A DNA stretch of 64,000 nucleotides, taken from NCBI GenBank assembly GCA_002633005.1, contig NMRA01000370.1:186001-250000 (forward strand), written 5' to 3'. Source of the stretch: Phoronis australis (taxonomy: Eukaryota; Animalia; Phoronida). Positions within the stretch are counted from its first letter, which is position 1. Every line of letters starts with the position of its first letter. Both the position numbers and the translations under genes were made by a program. Below the pieces are notes generated by a model that was given only the letters and a program-made list of their open reading frames with translations, made no database searches and had not been told where the DNA came from. Below are positions 10,970 through 22,320 of the stretch, in pieces.

Positions 10970-12771
10970 TATTGAAAGCGTCGTTTTGCAAATAATGTAC
11001 CGTAATTTTTACTACGTTTCACTAAAACAACATAGTCACGTGACCCATTTGATGTCAGAAGGCGTCAAAATAAAACTTGAAACACTTTCTACTTTGAGAA
11101 AATGTGTACTTTCATTGAGTTAAAATGTAAGCTTTGTAGATAATTGACGAATAACACAGATTTGTCAGTAAAGTTCTGCACACTCTTTACCCTCCATTTT
11201 ACTTACAAACGTCATCAGACGACTTCTAGCGTCAGTAAGTTCAGTGGAAGCTTAAGCATTTTGCATTCGTTTTTTTATTTTTGCGGGTGCACTGCCATCT
11301 AAAATAGCCCCGTCATGAGTGACAGGTGACTCATGCATTATGTGAACTCACTATCGCCATGTGTTGTAAGGTTTCCACGAAAACCCCTTCCTTTTTAGAA
11401 AACTATCAAAATTAATATTAAAATAAGGCAAACACAAAAATAGCTGAAAGTTATGAAATTTTTATAATTTAGTGATTTCTTTTGACTGATGAAACTCATC
11501 TAGTGTTCTAAATTGGTGAATGTAAAGGAAAGGTTACCTTTAAGGGACGCTGTCCGAGAGAGAGGGGACATTCAGCACAAGACCGAACCTGGAATTCCGC
11601 AAAGTTAGTTTTGCAAAGTGTAGAAGTGTGAAAAAGTGTTACGGTGGACTCTGTAGAGAGCAAAAATGTCTCAGCACAAAACGCAACCAGTTGTGCGGCA
11701 ATAGCGCAGATATCGGGCTTTGTGCCAACTTTGAGTCAATATGCGGCGGCCTAAATGTGAAATATAAATAGACGAACAACAACCGAATGAAGTATTTAGG
11801 TTCGTTGTTTGAGATCTAGAAGTTGACGCAGACAATACATGTAGGCCAGTTTGTATCGTGAGAAAATGACGAAGTTTCTATCGGGATTGAAATGGTGTTT
11901 TATGGCAAACTGTGCTTCACAATTTCTGTTGTTGGTAACTATAGTTAAAGGCAGTTTTCCTTTATTATTTACGGGTAAACAGATCGCTCTTGTTGACAAC
12001 GATCCTTTCGGTTAATGGCAGACAGAATAAAGTTGTGATGCGACTTTGGAACAATTCATCAGTGAATACAGGGGTCTGACACAATTTTAATTTATACCTT
12101 TTAGTTTTATGTAGCTTTGTTGATTTCTATTTTGGTATTTGCCTGCTGTAAATCAGCAAACTAAAGTGGGGCTCTCACAATATTTTTTGTAGAATTTGAG
12201 TCATTCAAAATTTTTGCATTTACTCATTTTTTCTTTAAAGAGACAAATTCAATTTCACGGCCGAAAATTCCCTTTTTGAATTACTCTTGGACAGAATAAG
12301 TTTATTAGCTTCCACCAGAGCTATAAAACAACAAAATCCGTTGTATTTTTTGATTTTATGATTTTATCGCAAATCGCCAATTCTCGTCGTTATCTGCCAG
12401 ACATTTCGAAGGAGCTGAAATCAAAGCTGGAGTGTTTACCATTTAAATACAATTAAATTACTCGATTATTCAACGCCTGGGATTTATGTCAGCGGTAGAG
12501 CGTTTGGCTCCTACTGCGGAGCTAATGAATTTTATTCAGCGCGGATGCTAATTTCTGTAATCTTTCGTGTTCAATATAGTTCGACGCAATGATCGTGAAA
12601 TTCCGTGTTACTTTATCGCGTACATTGCAACTATATACTTATATACAGGACAAGGTCCACTCGGAATACCGCAGGCATTTGCATAATCTCAATTTTCCCC
12701 CTAGTAGGTGAACCTTATAACGCATTATGCGCATGTGCGAACTACAGTCATACGGAAATTGAGTCTCCAAC

Positions 12772-12895
12772 TTGGCAGCTCGCTGGTTCCCTACGTGCCG
12801 CTAGGTGGTCGGTACCCAGAACGGGTGCTGACTGGGCACGTCGGGAACCAGGGAGACGTAACAGTCGGGTGACTTCTCGCACACGCGCAGATAAC
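12772..12895 (+). mobile_element. Copy-A-specific hairpin insertion
   Basis: Absent at the equivalent site in copy B (ctccaac|gttga near 26715); CTCGCTGGTTCCCTACGTGCC / GGCACGTCGGGAACCAGGGAG hairpin; related to 1663-1761. Confidence 0.6.
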
Positions 12896-13818
12896 GTTGA
12901 CCTCAGTAGGAGGAGAAATTTGAGAATACGAAATTACCAGAGGTGTTCCCAATGAAAAAAGTCGCTGGTGATTGCGACCTATTTAGTTTTGCAGCTATTT
13001 TAGCGTCACATAAGAAAGCTCAATTTACCATCAAAAGCGCTTCAATTTTCAGAACCACGATTGTCGTACGGCATTTCATAAGATGGCGATTATGTTATGT
13101 TGTTAAGAATGGGAAAAGTTTGACTTGATGTGAGTAAACTAAGACGAGGAATTTCTTCTTTTTTAAATGAAATTGCCAATTTCCATGTGTAGTATGACGT
13201 CATAGCGAAATTTGATGACGCGGCATGCTTAGGATTAAAGCGGTTATAAACCGGCTTTCTGTCATATGAAAACGATTTTTGAGGTACAACACTTTCCGTT
13301 ACGAATTTGGTCTCAAGTTGGGGGTGATTTCAGGACTTCGAGAGAGCTGACTGTTCGTTGTTGCATAAAACCAGGGTGTACAGGTTGACTTGTCATGACG
13401 TGCCATTTTTATGTGACGATCTTGTTCTCAAGACCTGAATAATGTTCTTAGCAAACCCAGAAAAGTCTTTTCATCATATAAGTAATCAACAAGTTGACAT
13501 CAATTTTATAGTGATAAGCGGTCTAAATCAAAATCTCGATTCTTGGACGGCACGCGTAGTTTGTAGTCTTTTTATTGGAATAATAACAAAAATTCAAAGC
13601 AAAAGCTCCCTGTTTCAATATAAGTGGCCTGTCATTTGGATTTCCGAACAATAGTCAAATGTTTGATATTAGCCAATGTCTTGTTTGCGTTTTGGGGAGA
13701 TAGTGCCGAACCCCTTAAAGCCCGAGGCGAGTGGCTGAACTCGTTGAAAATATGAACTGCTTCAAGGAAAGTCCTTGCTAGTTGCTTTCACTCTGTCTCA
13801 AAGCATCTGAAAGTTAGT

Positions 13819-14078
13819 AACTTATAGAAACCACATTCAATGGTGTTTCTTAGATAAAGAAATTCAACGAAGCTATGACGTGTTTTTTCACTGCTGTGTC
13901 TAATATGAAACAAATATGAATGTCAAAAATGATTAATACTCTTTCGATTAACTTGTAGAAACCTCATTCAATGGTGTTTCTCAGATAAAGAAATTCAACG
14001 AAGCTATGACGTGTTTTTTATTGCTGTGTCTAAAATTAAACAAATATAAATGTCAAAAATGATTAGTACATTTTCGAT
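13819..14078 (+). repeat. Two-copy tandem duplication of about 131 bp
   Basis: aacttatagaaaccacattcaatgg.. is repeated as aacttgtagaaacctcattcaatgg..; single copy in B (about 27697-27810). Confidence 0.85.
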
Positions 14079-14649
14079 TTTTTATTTTTTCCCCAAACTA
14101 CAAATTCATGACCACCAGTCGCAAAGTGGAGACAAGATCCTACATCCTGTTGCCCGGAAATTTAAGCCAAAATATCTTCAATGTCTATTTGTCTGGAGTT
14201 AAGCTGGACGAGAAAACGTTGCGAAAAAGCAAAATCAAACAAGATCTCGAAAAGTTAAGCGAGTGTGCTCGAGACCTTAGCAGCGTAACCTAGCAACATG
14301 GCAGCCACAGAAGTGATGGGTCGGTGAGGTTGGGACGTTGAATTATGGATCTGTTCCAGCGTTCTACCTGGTCTCTGTATTCTCCCATCTCGCTCATTTT
14401 AGCCAACCGATGTTCCCGCGTCCTCCGGTCCCATGTTCCCCGTTACCGCCATTTCTCAGGCCTCCGCGTCTTGATATTACTTCAGCCCTATGCTCCCCTC
14501 TTCCTGTATCTCATGACTAGATTAATTCAGAGGCAGTCTATATAAAAACCAGTAGATTTTCAAAAATCAGTCTATAAGTATAAATTTAAAACAACTTCAT
14601 TTTTTCTACATGGATATGTATCCCAACAAAAATCTAAATCCACATGCAA

Positions 14650-15051
14650 CGTGGCTGCTACAGAGTGCCAAAGTTGACCGAAAATAGCTTCAGTGAAAAC
14701 CTTCAAAATAACCGTTTTTGCCACACAAAATCAAAGCATACCAATTTAAAAATGAATTTTTAATGTTGTGAAATTAAATCATTCAATCATTGCTCCTTCA
14801 AATCGTATCACTCATTTGTTATCAGCTCATGATACATGATAGTAATATGCATTCAAACATGTCTACTTCGGTGCCCAATTTTGTTGCAAAATGGAGGTAT
14901 CGGTCTTAAAAAGAGAAATAATGGATGAAAATTCTTAAAAAGCAAGATTTTTTTACATCTCACAAAATTAAACTTATGGGCTAAGTTTCAAAAAAACTGT
15001 GATTTTGGTTATAGACTCTACATGTTGGTTTTTGTACAGAATCACTCTTAA
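14650..15051. mobile_element. Dispersed DNA-transposon end terminating in ..CTCTTAA (also ~28370-28743 and ~35672-36037)
   Basis: Shared TGGCTGCYACAGAGTGCCAA..CAGTGAAAACCTTCAAAA..; the third copy lies outside the duplication. Confidence 0.65.
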
Positions 15052-15965
15052 GTTCATCGCCCCATTAATTGAAAACTTGTCGATCCATCTTTTGAACTGC
15101 GTGGAAAGCAAAACAAACTGAAATTGCAAATCAAGCATGCTATAATTGACTTTCTTTCGACAACAGTTATTACAGAAGGCCGTGAATGTAAGTTCCTCGC
15201 TTCCGGCAAAGATTACAATGGAACCATGTCAGTCACAATGTCGGGAAGGACGTGTCAGAGATGGGATGCACAGACTCCTCACACTCATTCTGAACGTAAT
15301 GCGGACACAGTTGAAAACTACTGCAGGAACCCAGACGGGGAACCATCGCCCTGGTGTTACACAACTGACCCTTCAGTGAGATGAGAGCATTGCCCAGTAC
15401 CATTTTGTACCGGTGAGTGAATTAAGGGTAATCGATAATGAATCTTTGTTTGTCCAGAAAACGGCACCTTATTCTCTAACCAGACATGACGCCCTCTCAT
15501 CTCATCTTATCTTCAGGAGACTGTTATATTAAAAGTGTGAAGTCCAGTTTTATAGGTAAAGCGATCAATATACCTAGAATTTAATTTATACAATGTCCAT
15601 CAACGTGGCTCTTGAAGACATCGGTCGGTTTAATAGGAAATCTGAACATGTAAAATTAGTAACTTCAAATACAACGTTTCGCACTTTTAACGAAATGCAG
15701 CTTCAATTGTCCATCAATGTGCTTACGATCGTCACAGCTACGACCGTACTTAGGAACTGTCCTTACTCAGTGCTATTTCATATACTAATGTATTAAAAAC
15801 CTGGTGACCTATACCAGTGGAGTAGATGTGTAAGTTTTCGTTACTGTCTTTAATTTCAATGCTGAAAATAAATAAAAAACAAAGGTTTCTCAATTTCATT
15901 TGAGATGGTGACATACTGAAATGATTTCTAAATCTTATTTCCACCAATCCCCAGCCTGTTGATTT

Positions 15966-16182
15966 TGACACGAAGTTTCGGTCTGTCATTCCTTCTGACA
16001 TCTTCAGGTCTTACCGAGTGCCACGCTTAGAACCGAAAGATCCATTCCCAGCTTCAAATCCCACAGTGGTCCATGAAATTGTTGCTAATACGATGTGGGT
16101 ACAAGACACACTTGCGTTTAAAAACGCTGAAAGCCAGCATCACCTGAAGATGGCCGGATACATGACCAACCGAAACGTGACG
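15966..16182. ncRNA. Divergent pair of degenerate minimal hammerhead-ribozyme motifs (Penelope-like relic)
   Basis: Minus 15966-16010: CTGAAGA-TGTCAGAAGGAATGACAGACC-GAAACTTC. Plus 16138-16182: CTGAAGA-TGGCCGGATACATGACCAACC-GAAACGT. Confidence 0.5.
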
Positions 16183-16804
16183 TTAATCTAAATAGAGTAG
16201 TGTATATAGATCATTAGATTTTAGAAATAAAAATATCTGTGATGTTTTACGGGCTATCCAGACTGCCAGACATCCTCTGTGACAGCCGCCTACATCGCAC
16301 TGGAATATTTGAACCTCGAGCAAGTTAGAACATACGCACGTGTTGATGAGTACTTCGTGTCTGTAAGCAGCAAGAAGAAAGTACAGATGATAGACTTTAA
16401 ATATGTCCGAAGCATGGTTCATTGTTTGAACTATTGTAAACGAAACCAATGCTGCTCCGTTGTTCAGTTTTCAGAAAGTACCAATATGTGCATCACTTAT
16501 CATTTCGTAGACTAGAAGTCGACAGTTCAAGAATTCAGTGTAACATTTCTATCTTTTCAAAACGACCGCCCACTGCGAACCCTGGAAGCTGACTTGTCGA
16601 CGAGTAAACCATAGTTTCAAGTCCTTATCTTAAAATGCCAATGTGGCTCCAGTATCCGAAAATACTTAATAATCAAAATCTTATTTTCGATACACTTTCG
16701 TTATTTTCTTTTCGCCTTTCGTGTTACTTTACCGTATTTGACCCTTCCCGGCTGTCATCGGTTATTTCCGTACCCACAATTCCAGCTCGTCAGTTCAGGA
16801 ACTG

Positions 16805-17026
16805 GGGCCTGTTCCAAGAAACTGACTTAAGTTCATTTTTGACTTAAGTTGAAGATTTGTCTTAACTTCCAAACTTTGAAACTTCCACATTAGGCAAGTA
16901 AGTCAAAATTAAGACAAATTTAAGATCTCTTTCTTGAATTGGTTTTCAGACAAATTTAACTTTTATTTTAAAATTTAAAAAAAATAAGATTTGTCTTATC
17001 TAAGTCAGTTTTGTTGGAACGGGCCC
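16805..17026. mobile_element. 222-bp PIF/Harbinger-like MITE
   Basis: TIRs GGGCCTGTTCCAAGAAACTGACTTA / TAAGTCAGTTTTGTTGGAACGGGCCC; 3-bp TSD CTG. Confidence 0.8.
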
Positions 17027-18744
17027 CTGGTCCTGAACGCCACCATTTTTTCCTTGTAACAGAATGTGCTATCGCTTGCTCGAAAAGTTTTCATTATTTT
17101 GTTTTATTAGTAATATCTCGTGATTCGTTTGTACATATAGTGTATTTGTATATAGTTCGTAGTCATTGGTCGTTAATTTTTTTTTGGAATATTACGCGTA
17201 CTTTTGTTTATTATGTTAAAATAGCATTGGTGATTAGTTCCTGTTAAGCAGGACGGTCGAACCAAATTTTTTTGGTTTTGATTTTTTTTTGTTTTGAAAA
17301 ACGACTTTGCTATCATCCTACTTATAAAATCGAAAAAGTATCAAAATCGGGGCAATCTGTGCAAAGTTATTGTAATTTTTGTGGCGGAATTTGGGTCACT
17401 TTGTTTGGATCACAATTCCCGTTGGACTCATTTCTCATGGCGACGTTTGCTGAACTGAAAGGCATGTTCAACCGGTTACTTTGTAATTTGTGAAGATTTA
17501 ACGTTGATACATTTTGACAAACGTTGCTACAAAAAAGTAATTTTGTTCAATTTTTGTGTTTTTGTGCAAAAAATATAAGGTATACTCGAATTATTTTACT
17601 GTAAATTTCCCATTCAGGTGATCTGACACTAAGCTGAAAAAATAGTTGAAATAATTTTGAAATGGTTTTTTGCTTGATTGTCAACTGCAGTTCAAGGCTT
17701 GCTTAGGTCTCACAAAATGATTCATATTTTCCTAAATTTTAAGTCTAAATTGCTTTGAAGTCACGTTTTGTAACTTTTTGGTTTCTTAATTCAGGTTATC
17801 AAGTCAACAATATGAAGAATCTTAATTAGAGAAATAGGATTGTGAAGCTTCAAGCCTCCAATTCTTGTTCCTTGCAACTTCATATTTTTTAAATAATGCT
17901 TGTCAAATTCTGGTGTAAGGAAACACTATTCGGTCACCATGGTAATAGTTACATGCATGTCCACTTTCATATCATGAAAACTTGTGCTGTTTGATAGTGT
18001 CTGTAATGCTTAAATGTTATAAAGTACTGTACACTCTAAGTTATTTATAATGGTAAAAGGTTGAATCATTTTGGGTTCCTACTGCATACTGAGATTATTT
18101 CAGTTTTTGATGTACACGAGATATACATGTCGACTACCTTGAAAGTCTTTAAGTAGTAATACACTTTATTTACGTTAACACAAAATACAATTAATACAAA
18201 TTAATGCTTATGGAGACTCTGTGAAGGAACTGAAACCAAATATAGAGGTCCGACTGAAAGCACTTGATTTTGATTTGAACTGTGCAATACCTAAATGATT
18301 AAATCATAATCGTCCTCTGATTTGTTCTTTCATTTCAATGATTGAGTGACCAAAGCATGATATAATTGGCTTGCCATAAATAATATGTTCACTAGCATCT
18401 TCAGGCAACATTTCTTGTTGCCTTGGGTTTACTATTTTTTCAACAGATTTATACATAAATTTAAAAATCATCGTACCTTTAAGCCTGGTATTTAGGTCAT
18501 GGCAGAAAAATAATTTTTCACCTGTATACTTGGTTTCATATTCCAAAAAATATAATCTATAGGTTTTTTCTGATATACAACATGTCTTAACTGTTCTTTT
18601 GCTTTTGCCAACCATCCATAACAAAAATACCGATTACAGTCAGTTAACAACTAAATAATTTTTTTTATTATTTTGTTCAGGCTAAAACGCAAAGATCACT
18701 ACATTACAACTATTTAGTAAATCCGGCTCAAGCACCAACTATTT

Positions 18745-19150
18745 AATTTATAATTTACTTCAATATTTAAAATGAGGCTAGCCTCTTCAGTGACAGCACT
18801 GCTTGAAGGGGGCAATCAACAGCAGCGATAAAGTAGTATAACAATAATTAGATACAGGTAATAAAGCAGCAATTTAAACACGTTGAGGATGAAATTTTGA
18901 CCAAGAAAGACGAAATAATGAGATGGTACTAAATAGTGAGAGCATGTTGCTTGCACAATCATTAAAATGACATAATTAAGATATTAAAGAAAACAACAAT
19001 GTACAATAATCAAAAATGACATAATTAAGAAAGGCAAGGTGTAAGAATGGGTAAGTAAATTACAGCCACTTTTTGATATTAAGTTTGACAGTATTAACTG
19101 AATTGGGCCGTTTAATTTCTGGGCTAAGTGAGTTCCATATTGCAAGGGCA
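18745..19150 (-). mobile_element. Probable LINE (CR1/L2-like) 3' end relic
   Basis: Minus strand has a T-rich UTR followed by the stem-loop CCCCCTTCAAGCAGTG..CACTGAAGAGG and an A-rich tail. Confidence 0.35.
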
Positions 19151-19899
19151 GCATAAATAAAAGATCTCTTGCCGATCTCTGATTTCATTTTTTAAAAGAA
19201 ACATTACCAGTAACGGAAGAACGTGTAAAGTATATAGCTTGACTGCTACTGAATTTGGCCCCGAGATATGTTGGAGCCAAGCTATTGAGAGATATTTATT
19301 TCTTATAACTATAATACAATGTAAAACTTCGGATTGCATCAACTTATATCAACATCAGAATTACTTAATAATCACTGAAACAAAGTATACACTAATTATC
19401 AGCATGGCATGTGCAGAGTTTACAATAAGTCTAACTATCAATGAAGTATGTACAATAAAATACTTTATAAAATCCCTTTTGATATTATACAACACTTGCT
19501 TAAGTTTAGATCAATTACAAAACAAACAACAGCCTTGTCCACAACATTAGAAATGATCCTGAGGGTCACACCAAAAAGAAATGAGCAAAGCATGATATAA
19601 AAATAAGCCTGACAACTGGTTCACGAAACTCAACTATTGATATTGTTTGTACAAAATACATGGGGAATTAAGAGCATGGCAGAACCTCTTTTCAAATTAA
19701 TATCAAATGGCGCTTAGAGACGTCCCACCTACACCCCAGTGCAAAATATAAAAAATCTGCAGATTACCTTTTGAGACATCACGCTAACGACATTGTGTGA
19801 CATGCAGACAGACCTTTGTGAATACTACGTCTCCCACACCGCACTTATCACAACTGGGATAAAACAATAACTGTCTCGACAGCGCACGCAGTCAGACTA

Positions 19900-20076
19900 T
19901 GTGAAAACAAAACGGCGGAAAATTTTTAACCCCCTAAACGTCACTTCCAGACGGTAAGGTACGACTAATTAATAAAATTACGAAAAGCCGTTATTAAATG
20001 AAAAATATGTCTGGGATAATCAACGAACCGTATTTTTACTAAAAATGGCATGAAAAAAGGTTGCCTTCTGCTTTAA
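19900..20076. mobile_element. Solo right end of the TTAA-flanked element family seen at 30299-31637
   Basis: taaacgtcacttcc..taattaataaaattacgaaaagc..catgaaaaaaggttgccttctgct|ttaa. Confidence 0.75.
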
Positions 20077-20738
20077 GCACCTACTTTCATGATTTAAGTT
20101 GAAAATTTACGGCGGAGTGAGAAATATTAATCTCACATTATAAGTTAGTTATAATTTTTATTGTGTTTCAACTATATGATGTGCTATTACTAGTACGTAG
20201 TTAAATAAGATAGCACTGAACACCGTTGGACTTAGTGAAGGTAGTGCACATTTTGGTGCATTCTGAGTAAGCGACATGACTTCGCACACACCACTTGCCT
20301 TACAATAGAGCAAACAGGCGACTGTGTGGCGGGCAGTCCTTCCAACGTTCTCGGAAAAGATGTTGTAACCACAAAGTAACTTTTGAACGTTAGGGCGAAC
20401 TGTTTAAAGCGGTGCCAAGGACTTAAACAATCATTGTCCACGACGGGCTTTGGTTGAAGGGCAGTGCAATCTGTCACTGCTGACGGCGGTGCCATTCTGC
20501 TTGTCATTTTTGACTGAGAGGTTTTCATCAATTCTGTAACATAAAGATGGGCGTAAAAGGTTGAAGTCTTTTGCGTACAAAGTGAAATCAACGAAAATTT
20601 AATAGCAGACCATCGGCCACTAGCTTCCTCCGTAGTTACAAGAAAGGCATGATGGTTCGACCAAAATCTACGACCTACGTGTTACACATTGTAGGTGCAA
20701 ATGCACCTCAATTCAAAAGCACCTCACCTTCAAGAGTA

Positions 20739-21647
20739 ATTCAACTATCCTCACATATCACTGCGCCACCTGCTGGAATTCACTAAACAACGGATAGATG
20801 AAATTAGTTACCGTAGATCAAGTAGAACACGCATTTCAACTAATTCAACTATTCCTACCAAAAGCTGCGCCACCTAAAGGCAACTAGGTAGATAACGTAC
20901 ATGACGTCATCAACAGGTTCACAATTTTAGAGACACCAAACACGCATTTTGCAGCGCAGACGAACTACGCATTGCGCATGTGCGAGTTACTTCCTTCGCG
21001 AAGGCTCATGGGATAGCTTGTGGTCAGGCATGTCTTGAGCAGGCTGGATAGTGTGTGCATTTGGAGTGATTTGCAAACTAAAAACCATGTTTCATTTTTT
21101 GCTTTATAATACCAAGNCCCTTTTTACGCAATCTCGGATTTAGTTGGCACGGCTGCAAGCCATTTCACCATGTATTTAAAGGGCTCGCGAAATCGAGGCT
21201 GTTAATCTATCACCACTAGTACACGCACGCCCTCTAGTTATTGTAGATTTTCCGAATAGCCCCATTCAGCTTTTCCCCACTAATCGCTGCGCCATCTGTG
21301 GGATGGTACATAACGTACATGACGTCAACAACAGACTCAGAGCTTGAGAGACATCAAATACACGTTCTAACTAATTCAACTATTCTAACTAATCGATGCG
21401 CCACCTGCGGGAATTCATTAAATGATAGGTAGATCATACAGAACACGCATTTCAACTAATTCAACTATTCCTACCAAAAGCTGCGCCACCTAAAGGCAGC
21501 TAGGTAGATAACGTACATGACGTCATCAACAGGTTCACAATTTTAGAGACACCAAACACGCATTTCAACTAATTCAGCTATTCCCAGTAATCGCTGCGCC
21601 GCCTGCGGGGCAGGCTGCTAACAAACATGACGTCGGCAACAGGCTCG
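20739..21647 (+). repeat. Higher-order tandem repeat (85-115-bp units, A-B-spacer-C-A-B-C) with CTCF-like and CRE motifs
   Basis: Units begin with AATTCAACTATTC and contain CTGCGCCACCT; 20824-20949 is almost identical to 21440-21565. Confidence 0.8.
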
Positions 21648-21869
21648 CATGGTGATGGCAGGATATGCTGAGATAAGTTGGGATTCACTAAACATACTGA
21701 CATGTATGAAATTTTGGGGTCTAAAGGAACTCAACACAGTGGTATGACGGTAAGACAGTTATAGTCGGTAACTAACTAACAAAGCTGAGTTTTGCGTGGC
21801 AGCTAGCTGGTGGCTAGCTAGAGTCTGCACTGCCCACAGTCACACCAGTGTAAATTGTTAAAAGTGATA

Positions 21870-22320
21870 TATATTTATTGAAGAATACACAACACATACA
21901 AAGAAATGATGACAAACCCAGAAATCGCGAAGCATTATATCTGGGTTGTAAACATTTCATAAATGAAACTAATATACATAGAGGTATATACATTTAAGTA
22001 GTATCTAATATAAGTATCCCAATATTTAAATATGGTATTGCGAATATAAAAAACAAAAACGTGTACATATTCATGTATGGAAATCAGAAGCAGCAATATT
22101 GATAAACGGTACATAAAAATTTGCTAACGTTGCTTAGGAGGAATTCATTGAGAACGACGTCAAAGTTAGGACTACCATTCAATAATAATGTAACTTTAGT
22201 AGGGATATTATTACAAGAATTGAGAACATTAACAATTGATTGGTTTTCATTGAGTGCACGAAAGAGTCTCTCAGGTATTCGATGAGGGGACATTTGAAGA
22301 AAATATGAGGATAAGATTGA
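21870..22320 (-). mobile_element. LINE (CR1/L2-like) 3' end relic
   Basis: Minus-strand HIFFKCP..LLLNG..N..VSKFL resembles an ORF2 C-terminus, followed by a UTR hairpin (AACCCAGA..TCTGGGTT) and AATAAA. Confidence 0.55.

Larger units (their letters stand above)
10104..16515 (+). pseudogene. Pseudogenised signal peptide-kringle-PAN gene (copy A); exons 10104-10185, 15176-15412, ~16253-16515
   Basis: Signal exon MTKKLSHSSLSLLLTLRCFFLGFVFHS|gtgagt. The kringle exon has TGA at 15382-15384 where paralogues have TGG (conserved Trp). The last-exon acceptor reads tacGG where the paralogue has gcAG. Confidence 0.8.
7723..16610 (+). repeat. Segmental duplication copy A
   Basis: Collinear and readily alignable with 22862-28846 up to the kringle exon, and with 32731-34190 from the kringle exon onward. 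Confidence 0.9.

Noticed and set aside
15382-15384. TGA as selenocysteine or recoded Trp
   Set aside because: The position is a conserved Trp, no SECIS is evident, and an independent splice-acceptor lesion in the same copy points to pseudogenisation.
20739-21647. CRISPR-like array
   Set aside because: The intervening segments are themselves repeated, unit lengths vary, there are no cas genes, and the context is eukaryotic.
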